A stretch of DNA of 62,135 nucleotides, filler included, from Basidiobolus ranarum (taxonomy: Eukaryota), in the NCBI GenBank assembly GCA_040143965.1. It is 17 parts of 17 records of this genome, joined end to end, with 100 filler letters (N's around TTAATTAATTAA, not from the genome) between each part and the next. Parts side by side here need not be neighbours in the genome. Positions count along the whole stretch, not along the records: positions 25,675 to 29,235 come from JASJQH010002413.1; positions 29,336 to 32,895 come from JASJQH010002414.1; positions 32,996 to 36,554 come from JASJQH010002415.1; positions 36,655 to 40,212 come from JASJQH010002416.1; 13 more parts are not named here. One strand, 5' to 3'. The notes under the pieces are model-generated. The model was not told the origin of the DNA and made no database searches. It saw nothing but the letters and a program-made list of their open reading frames with translations. Numbering within the stretch: the stretch's first letter is position 1; every line of letters starts with the position of its first letter. Below, in pieces: positions 25,575-37,251 of the stretch. Both the position numbers and the translations under genes were made by a program.

Positions 25575-27080
25575 NNNNNNNNNNNNNNNNNNNNNNNNNN
25601 NNNNNNNNNNNNNNNNNNTTAATTAATTAANNNNNNNNNNNNNNNNNNNNNNNNNNNNNNNNNNNNNNNNNNNNTCAAGTTTATCAATAACTCCATATAT
25701 CCTGGCAAGAGCTTATAGTGAATACCTGGGCATCTGTAAAATCATTTGGTGCATGCTGCTTCATGCCATCTACACTACATTTGACTGTACATGCAAAATC
25801 TTGGATGTGGTAGTTTCCAGCAACAAAGTAGGTTGTGAAGCCAGAAGCATCTCTTTTGACATGATACATAACTATGGTATATATCTACAATGTTAGACTG
25901 TATTGGTTTCAATCAGAATAAGAGATCTTTATATATTATTGGTTAAAATGGCAAAGTTAGTTTCTTAAAGTGTGCTCAAGAATAACAAATTCAGCCTTGA
26001 GCCATTTTGATTTGTATGCCCAATAAATTGATGAAAACTATACTATATTTAACTTTGTAGATGAAGTTTATTAAGTAAATTCCATGCAACAACACATAAT
26101 TGATATAATTAGGATGATTAATGCAGGCAAGAATTTTATTATACAGAATGTATGAAACCGGACCATGATAATTGAAATTCTTAGATAAGTATCTTATGCA
26201 AGCTAGATCACCCTCTATTGCACTGGCCCATTACAAAAATTAAATCATGCTCTCTATATACTCTGTATGGTTTTTCCTCATTAATCCAAAAGCAACTACT
26301 GGCTTTCTTATCACCCCTTTGGAAGCCTTATTTGTGAACTGCTGTGGCTCATATACTTCAATACCAAGCAGAAAGCAGCTAGTAAGTTTGTTTTGTTACT
26401 ACAAAGACTATTGTCTAATTAGCTTTCAGTGCACTATTGATGGTTGTAAAAGTGGGAGAAATTTCAATACCAGGCTTCAATAAGTGATATTTATCTAGCC
26501 TGAGTAATTAGTGATGTTACAGGTGCCTAGGATCCAAGATTCAAAGACTCTATTTTCCTTCCATTTCCTTGAGTATTTCCTATTAGAGATGATATCAGAA
26601 GTATTCTTGACAAAATGCTTGTGAGAATTAACAGGCTCAAAAGTTACCAAATACTATTCTATTCTGGCAAGTATAATGCTCACTGTGTAAAGTTTCATGA
26701 TTTGACAGATTTGCAAGGAAACAGCATTTTGTTCATTGAGCCATATCCATGGAGACACCATGATAAAAGACTTTGGGTTGAGCAGCATGCAACATTCTGC
26801 AAGATATGAGAAGACTCCAGGTGATTTGGCATACATTTGGGGAGAATGCAGAAGGCTATGATGTGTCCCAGCTAACAAGAGGCTCAGAGGAGGGATACTT
26901 ACAGAGAGGTACCAGCATTATTGAAATATATTTTCCATTTTAGAGCAGGAGTAGAACATAGTTTGGTTTTCTAAAGCAATATAGCATTGTAGCAGGTAAG
27001 TATAGAGGAAAATCAGTTGGTGTGCATCAATCAAAGTTAGGCAAAGTATTCTGAATATTGATTAACTTTCAATGCATTCA

Positions 27081-27312
27081 TACTCAGAGATATCTATTGA
27101 TAGCTCTAGACTTAAGACTCTATCAATGAAGCTTTCATCTTCTTTTGAATGCATAATAATTTCTAAAAGCACATTTTCCAAAAATACAATATAAGTAAAA
27201 CTGCTGCTTCTGAAAGGTAAATAATATCCTGCCAGATAGTGCCTAAATATGCCAATTTGTGCTGGCACACTCTTTAACTGGCCTGATCTGTCTCAATAAA
27301 ATGGAAAAAGTC
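27081..27312. repeat. Left arm of an approx. 230-bp inverted repeat (partner 29003-29235)
   Basis: Shared core ATGCCAATTTGTGCTGGCACAC, reverse-complemented at 29044-29066. A partial third copy lies at 28913-28975. Confidence 0.85.
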
Positions 27313-28900
27313 TATTGCTTGAATAGATTACCTCACGGCTAAAATAATAATGCTGCCTCTATAGGTCTATTTGACCTAGAATTTTGTCTTGCAGCTTTCC
27401 CAGAGATACCATTGCATTATTACAAGAATAAAATAGACCACATCACAGATGTACTCACTCTGTGTCTATGGATTGGGATTTGTTGCTGCTATTGTGCTCA
27501 TACAATGTGAAAACCCCTGAGCATATTGAATAGGGCCCTGTGTTGGAAGGTTAGTATAGTCTGAAGTCCTCTTAGTCCATTGTAATAAATCCACTGCTAG
27601 TTTAATGATACATCTTAAATCAGATTAGCATATGGCAATACTGACCATTTCACACAGAGCATCATTTCACCACAGGTATGCTTCAATGGAAACTCCCAGA
27701 ATGTATAGCAAGGGTTCATATTCTCCAAGCATTGCAAAAGTTGCAGCAGGGAATATATTCCAAACTGGTATATATTCATTCCATCCTCTCTAAACCTGTG
27801 ATTTATTTTTTATATCTATTTACAAAATCTTTGCACAGTTGCTCAATCTGCCTGATATCTGCCAATGAGAGTTGATGCCATAAGAATAATTTAACAATAT
27901 CCACAAACAAGTTCCAACACTGCCAGTTTTCATCAGGAAGAAAGTCTTTCCAGGTCCAACTTAAATGTATGCAAATCCCATACTTCCAGGCTTTGAATTT
28001 AGATAAAAGCCCAGATGAGTGAATATTGAAGAGAGTCCTGATAAAATAAGATTGTAACAAGATTTTTCATTATTTTCTTTGTTGATTGAAACTTTCATCC
28101 GTTCTTGTATTGCACATTTAGATTGAATTTTCCACAACCAAGCTATTAAGTAGTATTGCAAAGTTGTTGAATAGCAAGTGCATTGATCCCAATGAGGAGC
28201 TCTGGCTCCAGCTCACACTCCTAAGCAATATACTCCCAGGCTTATGGCTTATCAAATGTTTGATGTTAGACTGACTGCCAGCTAATTGCTATCAGTGGCA
28301 TTTTGAAATCTGACTAAGCTCTTGATGTAAATTAATTGAGCTTAGTGTTGTATTTGGACAGTGGTAGCATATGTCTTGTAGAGTAAACTCCACCAAACTG
28401 ACAGAATATACAGCAAGATAGTGCATTGTTGCTGCAAAAACCTCCAAGCTCCCTGATGGCAGGAGTGTTACAAATAAATATCATGATATAGGCCTTGATA
28501 AATACTCACCCTTCTCAACCTTGGTAGATAAATGTTCATATTGCACTATCAAAGGGTCCAAGAAGCTATCTCAGAACATTGGTGATTTAAGTCCAGATAT
28601 GATGGATAGTATCAAAAAATATCACTCTTATACCATCCAATAGATGGAATATTTAAGTTGATGAAAACTATTGGCCAGCAAGCCATTCCAATGGTATATT
28701 TGTTGAGTGAGAAATCATCCAGAGCCAATGCAAATTCTTCATCATATATGTTCTAAAAGAAACCTTGACTTTTCTGATTCTGGCAGTGATATCCATCCAG
28801 TAAATCGGTAATACCATCGGCTTTATGGTAGGTACTTTGGTATTGCATCAATGATCTATATTTTGGTGATTCCATCAAATAGACTTGTTGCATTTTTTTG
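27313..28900 (-). mobile_element. Degenerate CACTA/EnSpm (Tnp2-like) transposase remnant
   Basis: Fragments HKPGSILL, WSQS...MHLL and FKAWKYGICI resemble fungal Tnp2-family transposases. Homologous to 38260-39250. Confidence 0.65.
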
Positions 28901-30938
28901 AGCCAGAGCAGCCCAGCTAAAAAGTGTGCCAGCACAAATTGGCATGATTGGGCACTATTGGGCACAATGTTTTTACAGTTTTTAAAGCAGTTTATTTTAC
29001 TGGACTTGTTACATTTTATTGAGCCAGATCAGGCCAGCTAAAAGTGTGCCAGCACAAATTGGCATGTTTGCGCACTACCCGGCACAATGTTATTTACCAT
29101 TTTGGTAACAGTTTATTTTACTTATGTGGTATGTTTAAGAAAAGTACTTTTAGACATTATTGCACATTCAAAAGATGATGAAAGCTTTATTCATAGTGTC
29201 TCAAGTCTAGAGCTCTCAATCAATATCTTTGAGTANNNNNNNNNNNNNNNNNNNNNNNNNNNNNNNNNNNNNNNNNNNNTTAATTAATTAANNNNNNNNN
29301 NNNNNNNNNNNNNNNNNNNNNNNNNNNNNNNNNNNACAGCAATGCACTATCTGACTCGAATCAATTTGACCAAGCTCAAATCATCGATCAAACCTTGTAT
29401 CAAACTCAACCAAAGACAACCTATATTCAACCGGCAATTCGCCAACCCCAACGTAGTGGACGGTACAAGAAATACAGGAAATACCGCCATGACTATCTCA
29501 AGCTCAGATATCTTGGTGGCAACAGATATTAGCCTATAGCATTTAGTTCATATTATCTTCTCTAAACCTTTAACCACATATTGATAAGAATAAATATTTC
29601 CTAACCAAAAGTGCCTTATCAGGGATTTATATGGACTTATATGGATTTATATGGATTTTGAATGGTTGTACAGTGCTCATCAAAAGTATTAACGGTTGTG
29701 TTTAGATTTATGTAGAGTTTTTCATTACCAACATATCATACATCAGTCAATGTCATCACGAAATCCTCACATAGAAATTTAATGTTAATCAATTCTATGA
29801 CTACTTGAACTGACAACTTTTAGGGTACAAAATCAGGCAGGTATACTGCTCGATTTTATAATTCTTAAACTGCTTGACTTTATAATACTAATACTGCTCG
29901 ATTTTCCCCTGATCATCCTTATGAAAATAGCACTATTGAAGTAAAGTTATTCAGTCAATTTGTCAGTGAATCAAGTCCTGAAGTTACACTCACCTCAGGA
30001 ACACAGTCCAATAAATACTGCAGTGACCAAATGAACAATCTTGTTTGTTGTTCCTTTATTAACAATGCTAAGCCCAATGATGACTAGAAGAATGAAATAT
30101 GTATTCACTCAGAAAAAATACTAAAATATGATACTAGAATAGCCAATGCACAACTCAATACTAACTTGGCTTAAATTTTTGGTGATAGTTAGTGGCTTAG
30201 TAATAAATAAATTACCATATAATTGTTGATATTTAATGAGTTTAGATACAGCCATAACAACGGGCAGTCTTATACAAATCAATCGTAGCAAAGTGACATT
30301 ACTAGAACCAAAGCTTTAAGAGCATTACCCGTCAATCCGACAATGGCATCGATTATTGATTAGGAGAAGAGAACAGAATACACAGCTGCCTATGTATCTA
30401 GATTTATTTGATGAGATTACAAGCCTAAAACTCCTACAAATGTCTACACTCGTTCTAGAGAGCAGAACGGCCGTGAGTATTAACCATTTCATTTAGAAGT
30501 TCGGTTGAGATATTCCAGTTAGCCAAAATGAGGGATTGAATCAATGTTTACGGTTATGGTTTTGTTCCAATCCAATCGATTGCTTTGTACAGGGCAAGGG
30601 GCTTATTAGATTTTATGAGGACTGAGAGCCAAATTTATTTGCTGGAGGAGTTGAATTAGTTCCTTTGGGAGTTACATCTCACCGACCTCCTTCAAACAAT
30701 TAACATAGGTTTTAGCGATTAAATAGATAAACCATTAAAATCTCTTTCCAACAGGGTTAGTAATATAGGAGCAATAAAAGTGATATACTAGCTGGCAATA
30801 AACCAACCAGACATTGATGAAGTTGAATTATTGTTCGGTGTAATAATAAAACTCCTGAATAATAATTGCTATAAAATCTTCTCTTTCGGACTGCTCAATA
30901 GTATATTCTTCAGTACACCTTCCACTCATCTAAATACT

Positions 30939-31835
30939 ATGAAATACACCTCGGCAGTTGCTTTTTTGGCCATACTCTCCGCTACTACCGCATTACCAGC
31001 CTACGATGCAACAAAGCCTAGTTCAAGCAAGTATTGTACGGGTTTAGTGGAGAAACTCAACACTCTGGGTGCTAGTTTAGATATAGCTGTCTGCGTTGGA
31101 AAACCCGAGAAATCTGGATATGCCGCTACAGATCTTGATAAGATGAGCTGTCAAGATTTAGTCACTGCAGTTACAGCATTAGGGATCAAAGTCGATGCGG
31201 GTATTTGTGCTAAAAGTGATAAGAAGTCATCTGACTATGGAAATGGTGCTAGTCAACCAGGAAAGAAAGGGAATACAGATCCTAAATCAGGTTCGTATTC
31301 GGACAAGAGCTCAACTAGCCCAAATCAACCCGGAAAGGGTAGTAGTGGGGGTGGTACCTATCCCAGTACAAATCCAGGCGACAAAGGTAGTTCAATGGGT
31401 CATCAAAGTCCAGTTGGCGGTGGAAGTAGTGACAAGTATACTGCTCCTGCCAAAAACGGTAGTTCAAATAGTTATGAAAGTCCAAACAAGCATGGCGATT
31501 CTGGTGTCACTCCCGATGGTGGCAACAAAGGTAGCAAGGATAATGATAGCTACAAAATTACAACTTCAGGTGGTGATACTGGAGGCTCTGGAAAGTCGAG
31601 CAACAACACTGGGGACTACACTAAAGGAAGCAAACCAGCATCCCAACCTTCGTGTAATGATATTTGCAACAGCCTAAGTCTTCTTGGAGTCAAGGTTGAC
31701 GCTAGCATATGTCTCAGTAAGAAAAATACAGGGCCTACAGCACCAGTATTGTCAGTTAATTCAGGATGTCCGACTCTAATTGCCAATGCTAAGCTACTAG
31801 GTATTGTCCACGTTGATGTGTCTGTGTGTCACTAA
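30939..31835 (+). CDS. Secreted 298-aa protein with four Cys-x18/19-Cys modules and a G/S/K/P-rich linker
   Basis: Signal-like MKYTSAVAFLAILSATTALP, intronless ORF, TATAAAA about 70 bp upstream. Confidence 0.88.
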   Translation: MKYTSAVAFLAILSATTALPAYDATKPSSSKYCTGLVEKLNTLGASLDIAVCVGKPEKSGYAATDLDKMSCQDLVTAVTALGIKVDAGICAKSDKKSSDYGNGASQPGKKGNTDPKSGSYSDKSSTSPNQPGKGSSGGGTYPSTNPGDKGSSMGHQSPVGGGSSDKYTAPAKNGSSNSYESPNKHGDSGVTPDGGNKGSKDNDSYKITTSGGDTGGSGKSSNNTGDYTKGSKPASQPSCNDICNSLSLLGVKVDASICLSKKNTGPTAPVLSVNSGCPTLIANAKLLGIVHVDVSVCH

Positions 31836-32699
31836 GTAAAAGTTATGGAGGTTTTTTTTGCAGGTCAAATAAATCTCTATCTACATGATAATGAGGTATA
31901 GGAACTAAAAGAAAAAATGAGGACTTGAGTAATAGCTGATACACTTTGAAGATTTGAATCAATTTCTTTGTAATAAATAGGTCTTATAACTGTAATTGAA
32001 CATAATGAGAATACAAACCGCAATTGAACGTATGGAGAATATCAGGTGTATGAGTGAGCATTTGCAATTAGAATGCACTTACTCTTTTATATTTATATAT
32101 GTATGTATATTTATGGAGATGATAAAACCAAGCAAATTTTGGTTTCAAAAATCTCTATTTCCTTAATACATTGAGGATTGTGTGTCTGAGATTCCATGCT
32201 TTATTTCTGATTTAGAATGACTTTAACTTAATATTGCTTTACTTTTTTTTCTCTTGTCAAATAGCAAATGGTCAGTTCAATTGTCAAAAAATCAATATTA
32301 ACAACCGATAATTTCTTAAGGTAACCTCTGAATTGACAAAACTGAAAGGAGTATGAGAATGCATCATACTTTCAATATGGAAAGTATATGAAGAGATTTG
32401 CGCATAGAGCTATGATCTGAAATACTTATAAATAGTCTGGTGTGAGAGAACACATATCCATAATGTACTCTCAAGAACATTAAACTTTACATAGTATAGA
32501 ATTGCCCACATTATATTACAGTGCATTGTTGAATATATACTTGGTGTTCAGTTACTGCAGACGAGTTTTTAAGATATGCTGAATGGAAACCTCCACTGAC
32601 AAAATTGATACTAAATTGTGGGTATAATTTATTATGTGGAATATAATACTATTAATACATACATCTCATCTATTATTTTACATCTATTCTAATCAATCA

Positions 32700-32895
32700 T
32701 TACTTTCTGGTGACTCTAGCTGACCGTCTTCGTAAATTCATAGGGCGGCCGAAATCCTGAGTCCAATAGCTTCCTTGAGGATCGTACGCCATACCAGTTT
32801 GAGTGAAGATTGGGTTTAGGATATTTCTGCGATGTTCGGGTGAGTTCATCCAAGCATTCATGACTGATACCTCATCACCAAACCCTGCAGCCACA
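32700..32895 (-). CDS. CAP/SCP-domain protein, C-terminal part (bacterial YkwD-like type)
   Basis: VAAG...VMNAWMNSPEHRRNILNP...YWTQDFG. Confidence 0.9.
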
Positions 32896-32995
32896 NNNNN
32901 NNNNNNNNNNNNNNNNNNNNNNNNNNNNNNNNNNNNNNNTTAATTAATTAANNNNNNNNNNNNNNNNNNNNNNNNNNNNNNNNNNNNNNNNNNNN

Positions 32996-33105
32996 CTATA
33001 TTGGAAGAATATTATGAAGCAAAGAGTCTTGCTAATAGACTCTTTCTTAGACGAAAATTCTTCAATATAAAAATGGAAAAGTCTGAAAGTATGGTTACTC
33101 ATATT
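32996..33105 (+). mobile_element. Copia gag fragment
   Basis: LEEYYEAKSLANRLFLRRKFFNIKMEKSESMVTHI, similar to the gag at 60943-61485. Confidence 0.75.
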
Positions 33106-33580
33106 CTTCTATCCATAGGCTATACCTGCTCATTCGTCCACATTTGGAAGGATATGGCTATCTAGCCAATCTGCATCGAATAAAACGCTCACGTTTAGTC
33201 ACGGTGTTGTTGCACCACATTCTCCATTCTTCATACTTTTGTGAAACCCCAACGTGTCAATAGAGTGATGGATAGATACGGAATGGCTTTGATTAAGCAA
33301 ACGCTTGCAAATGTACAGTGAAGTATTGTTGAAAGTCTTGAGATTAGCCGAAAGGTGTGGGATTGGGGTTAGGGTTGGCTGTCGTTGATATACATTACAT
33401 TACTAGCTCTTATCCATCTATTTCGGTAAACTTTCGGAACTTATCATGGTTGAATTCCTATATAAAATCATATCATGCCAGCTTAATTATTCCTCTACCC
33501 TACTCTTCTCCAATCCTCTCTTCTCCAACTGTATTTGTCAGTAGAAGATATCATTTCACTAGAGTAGATTCGTAGCAACC

Positions 33581-35187
33581 ATGTCGATAAACTCAACAGT
33601 GACTCTGAGTGAGCCTCAATACCTCACCAACTCGGAGCGACCAAAGAATCCTCCAACCAAGGAGGAGTTGAAGTTACCTCCTCTCTTTGACGGGCCAGTT
33701 ACTCGGGAAAACTGGTACAAGCATGTCGACTGGGTGAATGTACCAATCTTGGTTCTCAGCCCACTGATAGGCCTCTACGGAATTATGACCACAGAATTGG
33801 TTCCTAAAACATTGATCTGGACGATTGTTTACTACATCATCACCGGCATAAGTATTACTGCTGGTAATTAGAAAACTAAATGTGAGTTGAAACTCTTTCC
33901 CTTGAAACTAAACAGTCTTCTTTTCTAGGCTATCATCGTTACTTCTCTCACAGAGCCTTCACGGCTTCTCCAGCACTACAATGGATCATTGCCTTCACCG
34001 GTGGTGGTGCCGTACAAGGATCTATTAGTTGGTGGGCGCGAGGTCATCGTGCTCATCACCGTTACACTGACACTGACAAGGATCCCTACAATTCTCACCG
34101 TGGCTTTTGGTATGCCCATTTGGGTTGGATGATTTTCAAGAGATCCAAAGACCGTGTGGGACGTGCGGATGTTGCCGATTTGAAAGCAAACAAAATCGTT
34201 CAGTTCCAACATAAGAATTATCCTTGGTTTGCCTTAGGTATGGGAATCATATTCCCATGGGTAGTGGCCGGTCTTGGTTGGGGTGACTGGAGGGTAAGTC
34301 GAGGTTAAAGGTTGTTATTCCTCGTGGTAGTGTTTAATCAGAATTCTCTTTGGAATTACAGGGTGGATACTTCTATGCCGGTGTAGTTCGTATGGTGCTG
34401 TGCCATCACGCTACTTTCTGTATTAACTCACTGGCTCATTGGCTAGGTAGATACGAATTGAATTGCATTCCATATCCATATTGCATGCTAAATCAGAATT
34501 TCTCACAGGTAGCGCCTCATTCGATGACGCACACACACCCAGAGATAACTTCATCACCGCATTGGTAACAATGGGTGAAGGTTATCACAATTTCCATCAC
34601 GAGTTCCCTCAAGGTACGTGCAGAGTGTATAGATTCCTTAATTCATGCCTTTTACTTATTCCTCATCACAAACAGATTATCGTAATGCCCTCAAATTCTA
34701 TCAGTATGATCCTACCAAGTGGTTGATCAAAGCATTGTCATATGTGGGACTCGCTTACGATCTCAAGGAGTGTCCAGAGAATGAAATCAAAAAGGGCAAG
34801 ATCCACATGACTCAAAAGAAACTGGACAGAATGAAGAGAGATGTCAAATGGGGGAAACCATTGAAGGAGCTATCGGTTGTCTCTTGGGATGAGTATCAGG
34901 ATGCCGTGACCACTAAAGGTCAGAAATGGCTTCTTATTGAAGGAATCCTTTACGATGTGGCGGATTTCATTACCGAGCATCCCGGAGGTGAATCGTATAT
35001 TAAATATGGTATTGGCAAGGATATGACTGCCGCCTTCAACGGTGGCATGTACAATCACTCGAATGCTGCAAGAAATATGCTATCACGTATGAGAGTCGGA
35101 GTGCTCTCTGGTGGCATGGAAGTTGAATCGATGAAGGCCAATCCCAATGAGGTGGTTTACGAAGATTCTGTAAAAAAAGAAAACTAG
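33581..35187 (+). CDS. OLE1: Delta-9 acyl-CoA desaturase with fused cytochrome b5 (5 exons)
   Basis: His boxes HRYFSH, HRAHH and HNFHH, YDPTKW motif, C-terminal HPGG heme motif. Confidence 0.97.
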
Positions 35188-36654
35188 ATCGAAATGCATC
35201 TCTACCTATTCCTATTCTCCAGCCTAGCCATAGCCCTAACCCCACATATCTACATATTTGCACAAATTTTCATTAAACCATCCAATTATCTTTAAATTGT
35301 CGAAAGATTCTTAGGTGATGTGAACGCACACGCTGACACAATGAGTGATTTCATAACTTGATTTCACTATATCACCACTAGTCCCCAGTGTAAGAGATGG
35401 TGAGAATAGAGGCTTAGATATGGACAATCGAATATGTACCATACTTATGCTTCTGGGGTAATTGAACTGATTGGGGCTTAGAGGTCGTTTTCACAAGAAC
35501 TGAATCTTATTAGGCAAGTTGCATCGTGTACATTATTGGATCTGCCCCTTGAGCCGCAATGAACACAAATACAGGATATTGGCATTGTAATACCAAGAAC
35601 ATCGGAAGCGACATCATTGGTGGGAGACGCTATTATGACGAGTATATCTAGCCAACCCTAACCCTCGAATGTCTATAAAGTTGACAACCTATGTTAGAGT
35701 TTGGGCATGTACCGGACCTATCACAGCATTACTTGTTATCAATCTACTGCTCTGATTACGAATCATCCTGTTATCAATGGCAATAGTGCAATCGGATTCG
35801 AAAGGTGCTAGCAGCAATGCCTGCAACAACATCAGCAGTACTACCTTCATTAGTAATCAACTCTACTTCAGTAAGAACTTCCAGATGCTGAACTCCGGCA
35901 TTTAACTCCAAAGGAATCATATCTTCAATATTTCAATAGTAACTTTTTAGTGCCTTTGAAACACTAGCCTTCATGTTGAGGTACTTGTACCTTTTTTCAG
36001 TCATTGTTGTTGAAGCAGGTGTTGTACTAAGATTATTTTCAAACTCTTGCATATGGGCAGGTTTTAAGATTTGTCAAAGCTTTCAAAAGTGCCTTGCTTT
36101 TGTTTCAATATCTGGTTGGTTTCTTGTGCATTGAAAAACATATTTGTTTTGAGGAGTACACCTTTCATGCATACAGTATAAGAGATCACCACAATCAGGA
36201 TCAATAAGCATGCACACTTATCGGTAGTCTTAAGGATTTCATCTTTTGACAACTTTTCACTGTAAGGAACACCATCATCAACAGCCTTCATTTTAGGGGA
36301 TGAAAAGCACCAGAAGGTGTAATCTTTATTTATCTCAAGTCATTCAACACAAATAAATATAGAAGCCAGGATGAAAGTAAAAGTCAAAGGTTAAGGTAAC
36401 TAAGAACTGTTTAGGGCAGCTTCCCAAACCTTGTCATACAAGATTGTTGGATAATTAATCTTTATTCAACATCATAGTTAACTTTAGTTATGATACATAT
36501 ATCAGAAACAGAAAGCAACATATCTATAGCCCCTATATTCTAAATAGGAATATCNNNNNNNNNNNNNNNNNNNNNNNNNNNNNNNNNNNNNNNNNNNNTT
36601 AATTAATTAANNNNNNNNNNNNNNNNNNNNNNNNNNNNNNNNNNNNNNNNNNNN

Positions 36655-36936
36655 AACAATATTTACCTGATTCAGTGATTGCCAATTGTGTGCAAACAGT
36701 ACATGACTTCAGGTTTTTCAGATCACCAGTGAAAGCCAAACAACCATTTGGACATGAAGGTAGTTAATTACTGAAGGATCATAAGTCATATGATTGACAA
36801 GTGTTTTCCACTTGTACCAGGTCTGTGGCAAGCAACAGTTGCCAATCAACTATGGTAAAAGTGTAAGAAAACCAATAAACACCTGGTTGCTAAGATTGGA
36901 TTGAACTCTCCACTCCTCAATTATCAAAGCTGCTTC
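36655..36936 (-). mobile_element. CACTA/Tnp2-like N-terminal Cys cluster remnant
   Basis: Minus strand reads CPNGCLAFTGDLKNLKSCTVC. Confidence 0.65.
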
Positions 36937-37218
36937 TGTTGAAAGTCTGGTGACTTGTGGTACAAGCAGTAATTTCCCAAGAGGAAAATATGGAGTATGG
37001 TGACTGCATCTGAACACAAAGTCTAAGGCCAATCAGTTGCTTGTATAGCTGAAATGCCAAAGTACCATACATTGACAGACGAGGTTAAGGTTCCCTAGCA
37101 ATATAGGCATAGCATACAAGCACTGGTAGCTCAGTGGTTAGAGCACCTTGCTAGAGTGAAGGAGATCCCAGGTTCAAATCCTGGCCAGACCAATATTTCT
37201 CCCTAAATAATTTCAATA
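36937..37218 (+). mobile_element. 282-bp LTR-like element containing a tRNA-derived cassette (Helenus-like)
   Basis: Termini TGTTGAAA...TTTCAATA. A second copy of its first 65 bp is inverted at 43970-44034 and ends exactly at TTTCAACA. Confidence 0.72.
37120..37192 (+). pseudogene. tRNA-like sequence (73 nt, nominal anticodon AGA) inside the LTR; probably not a functional tRNA
   Basis: D-arm GCTC/GAGC, T-arm CCAGG-TTCAAAT-CCTGG, A box TAGCTCAGTGG and B box GGTTCAAATCC. Acceptor stem pairs 5/7, anticodon stem 4/5. Confidence 0.85.
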
Positions 37219-37251
37219 TTACTGCTATAATGATTCATATTAATATGGATT

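Noticed and set aside
31195..31677. 160-aa overlapping ORF within the secreted protein gene
   Set aside because: Likely a by-product of the low-complexity Gly/Ser codons in the main frame.
19781..35670. Short TTAGGG/CCCTAA motifs near 19782, 33368, 35234 and 35656
   Set aside because: At most two units each, which is not distinguishable from chance without statistics. Not telomeres.
37120..37192. Functional tRNA-Ser(AGA) or recoding tRNA
   Set aside because: It lacks the long Ser variable arm, has mismatched acceptor and anticodon stems, and sits inside a repeated LTR-like unit.
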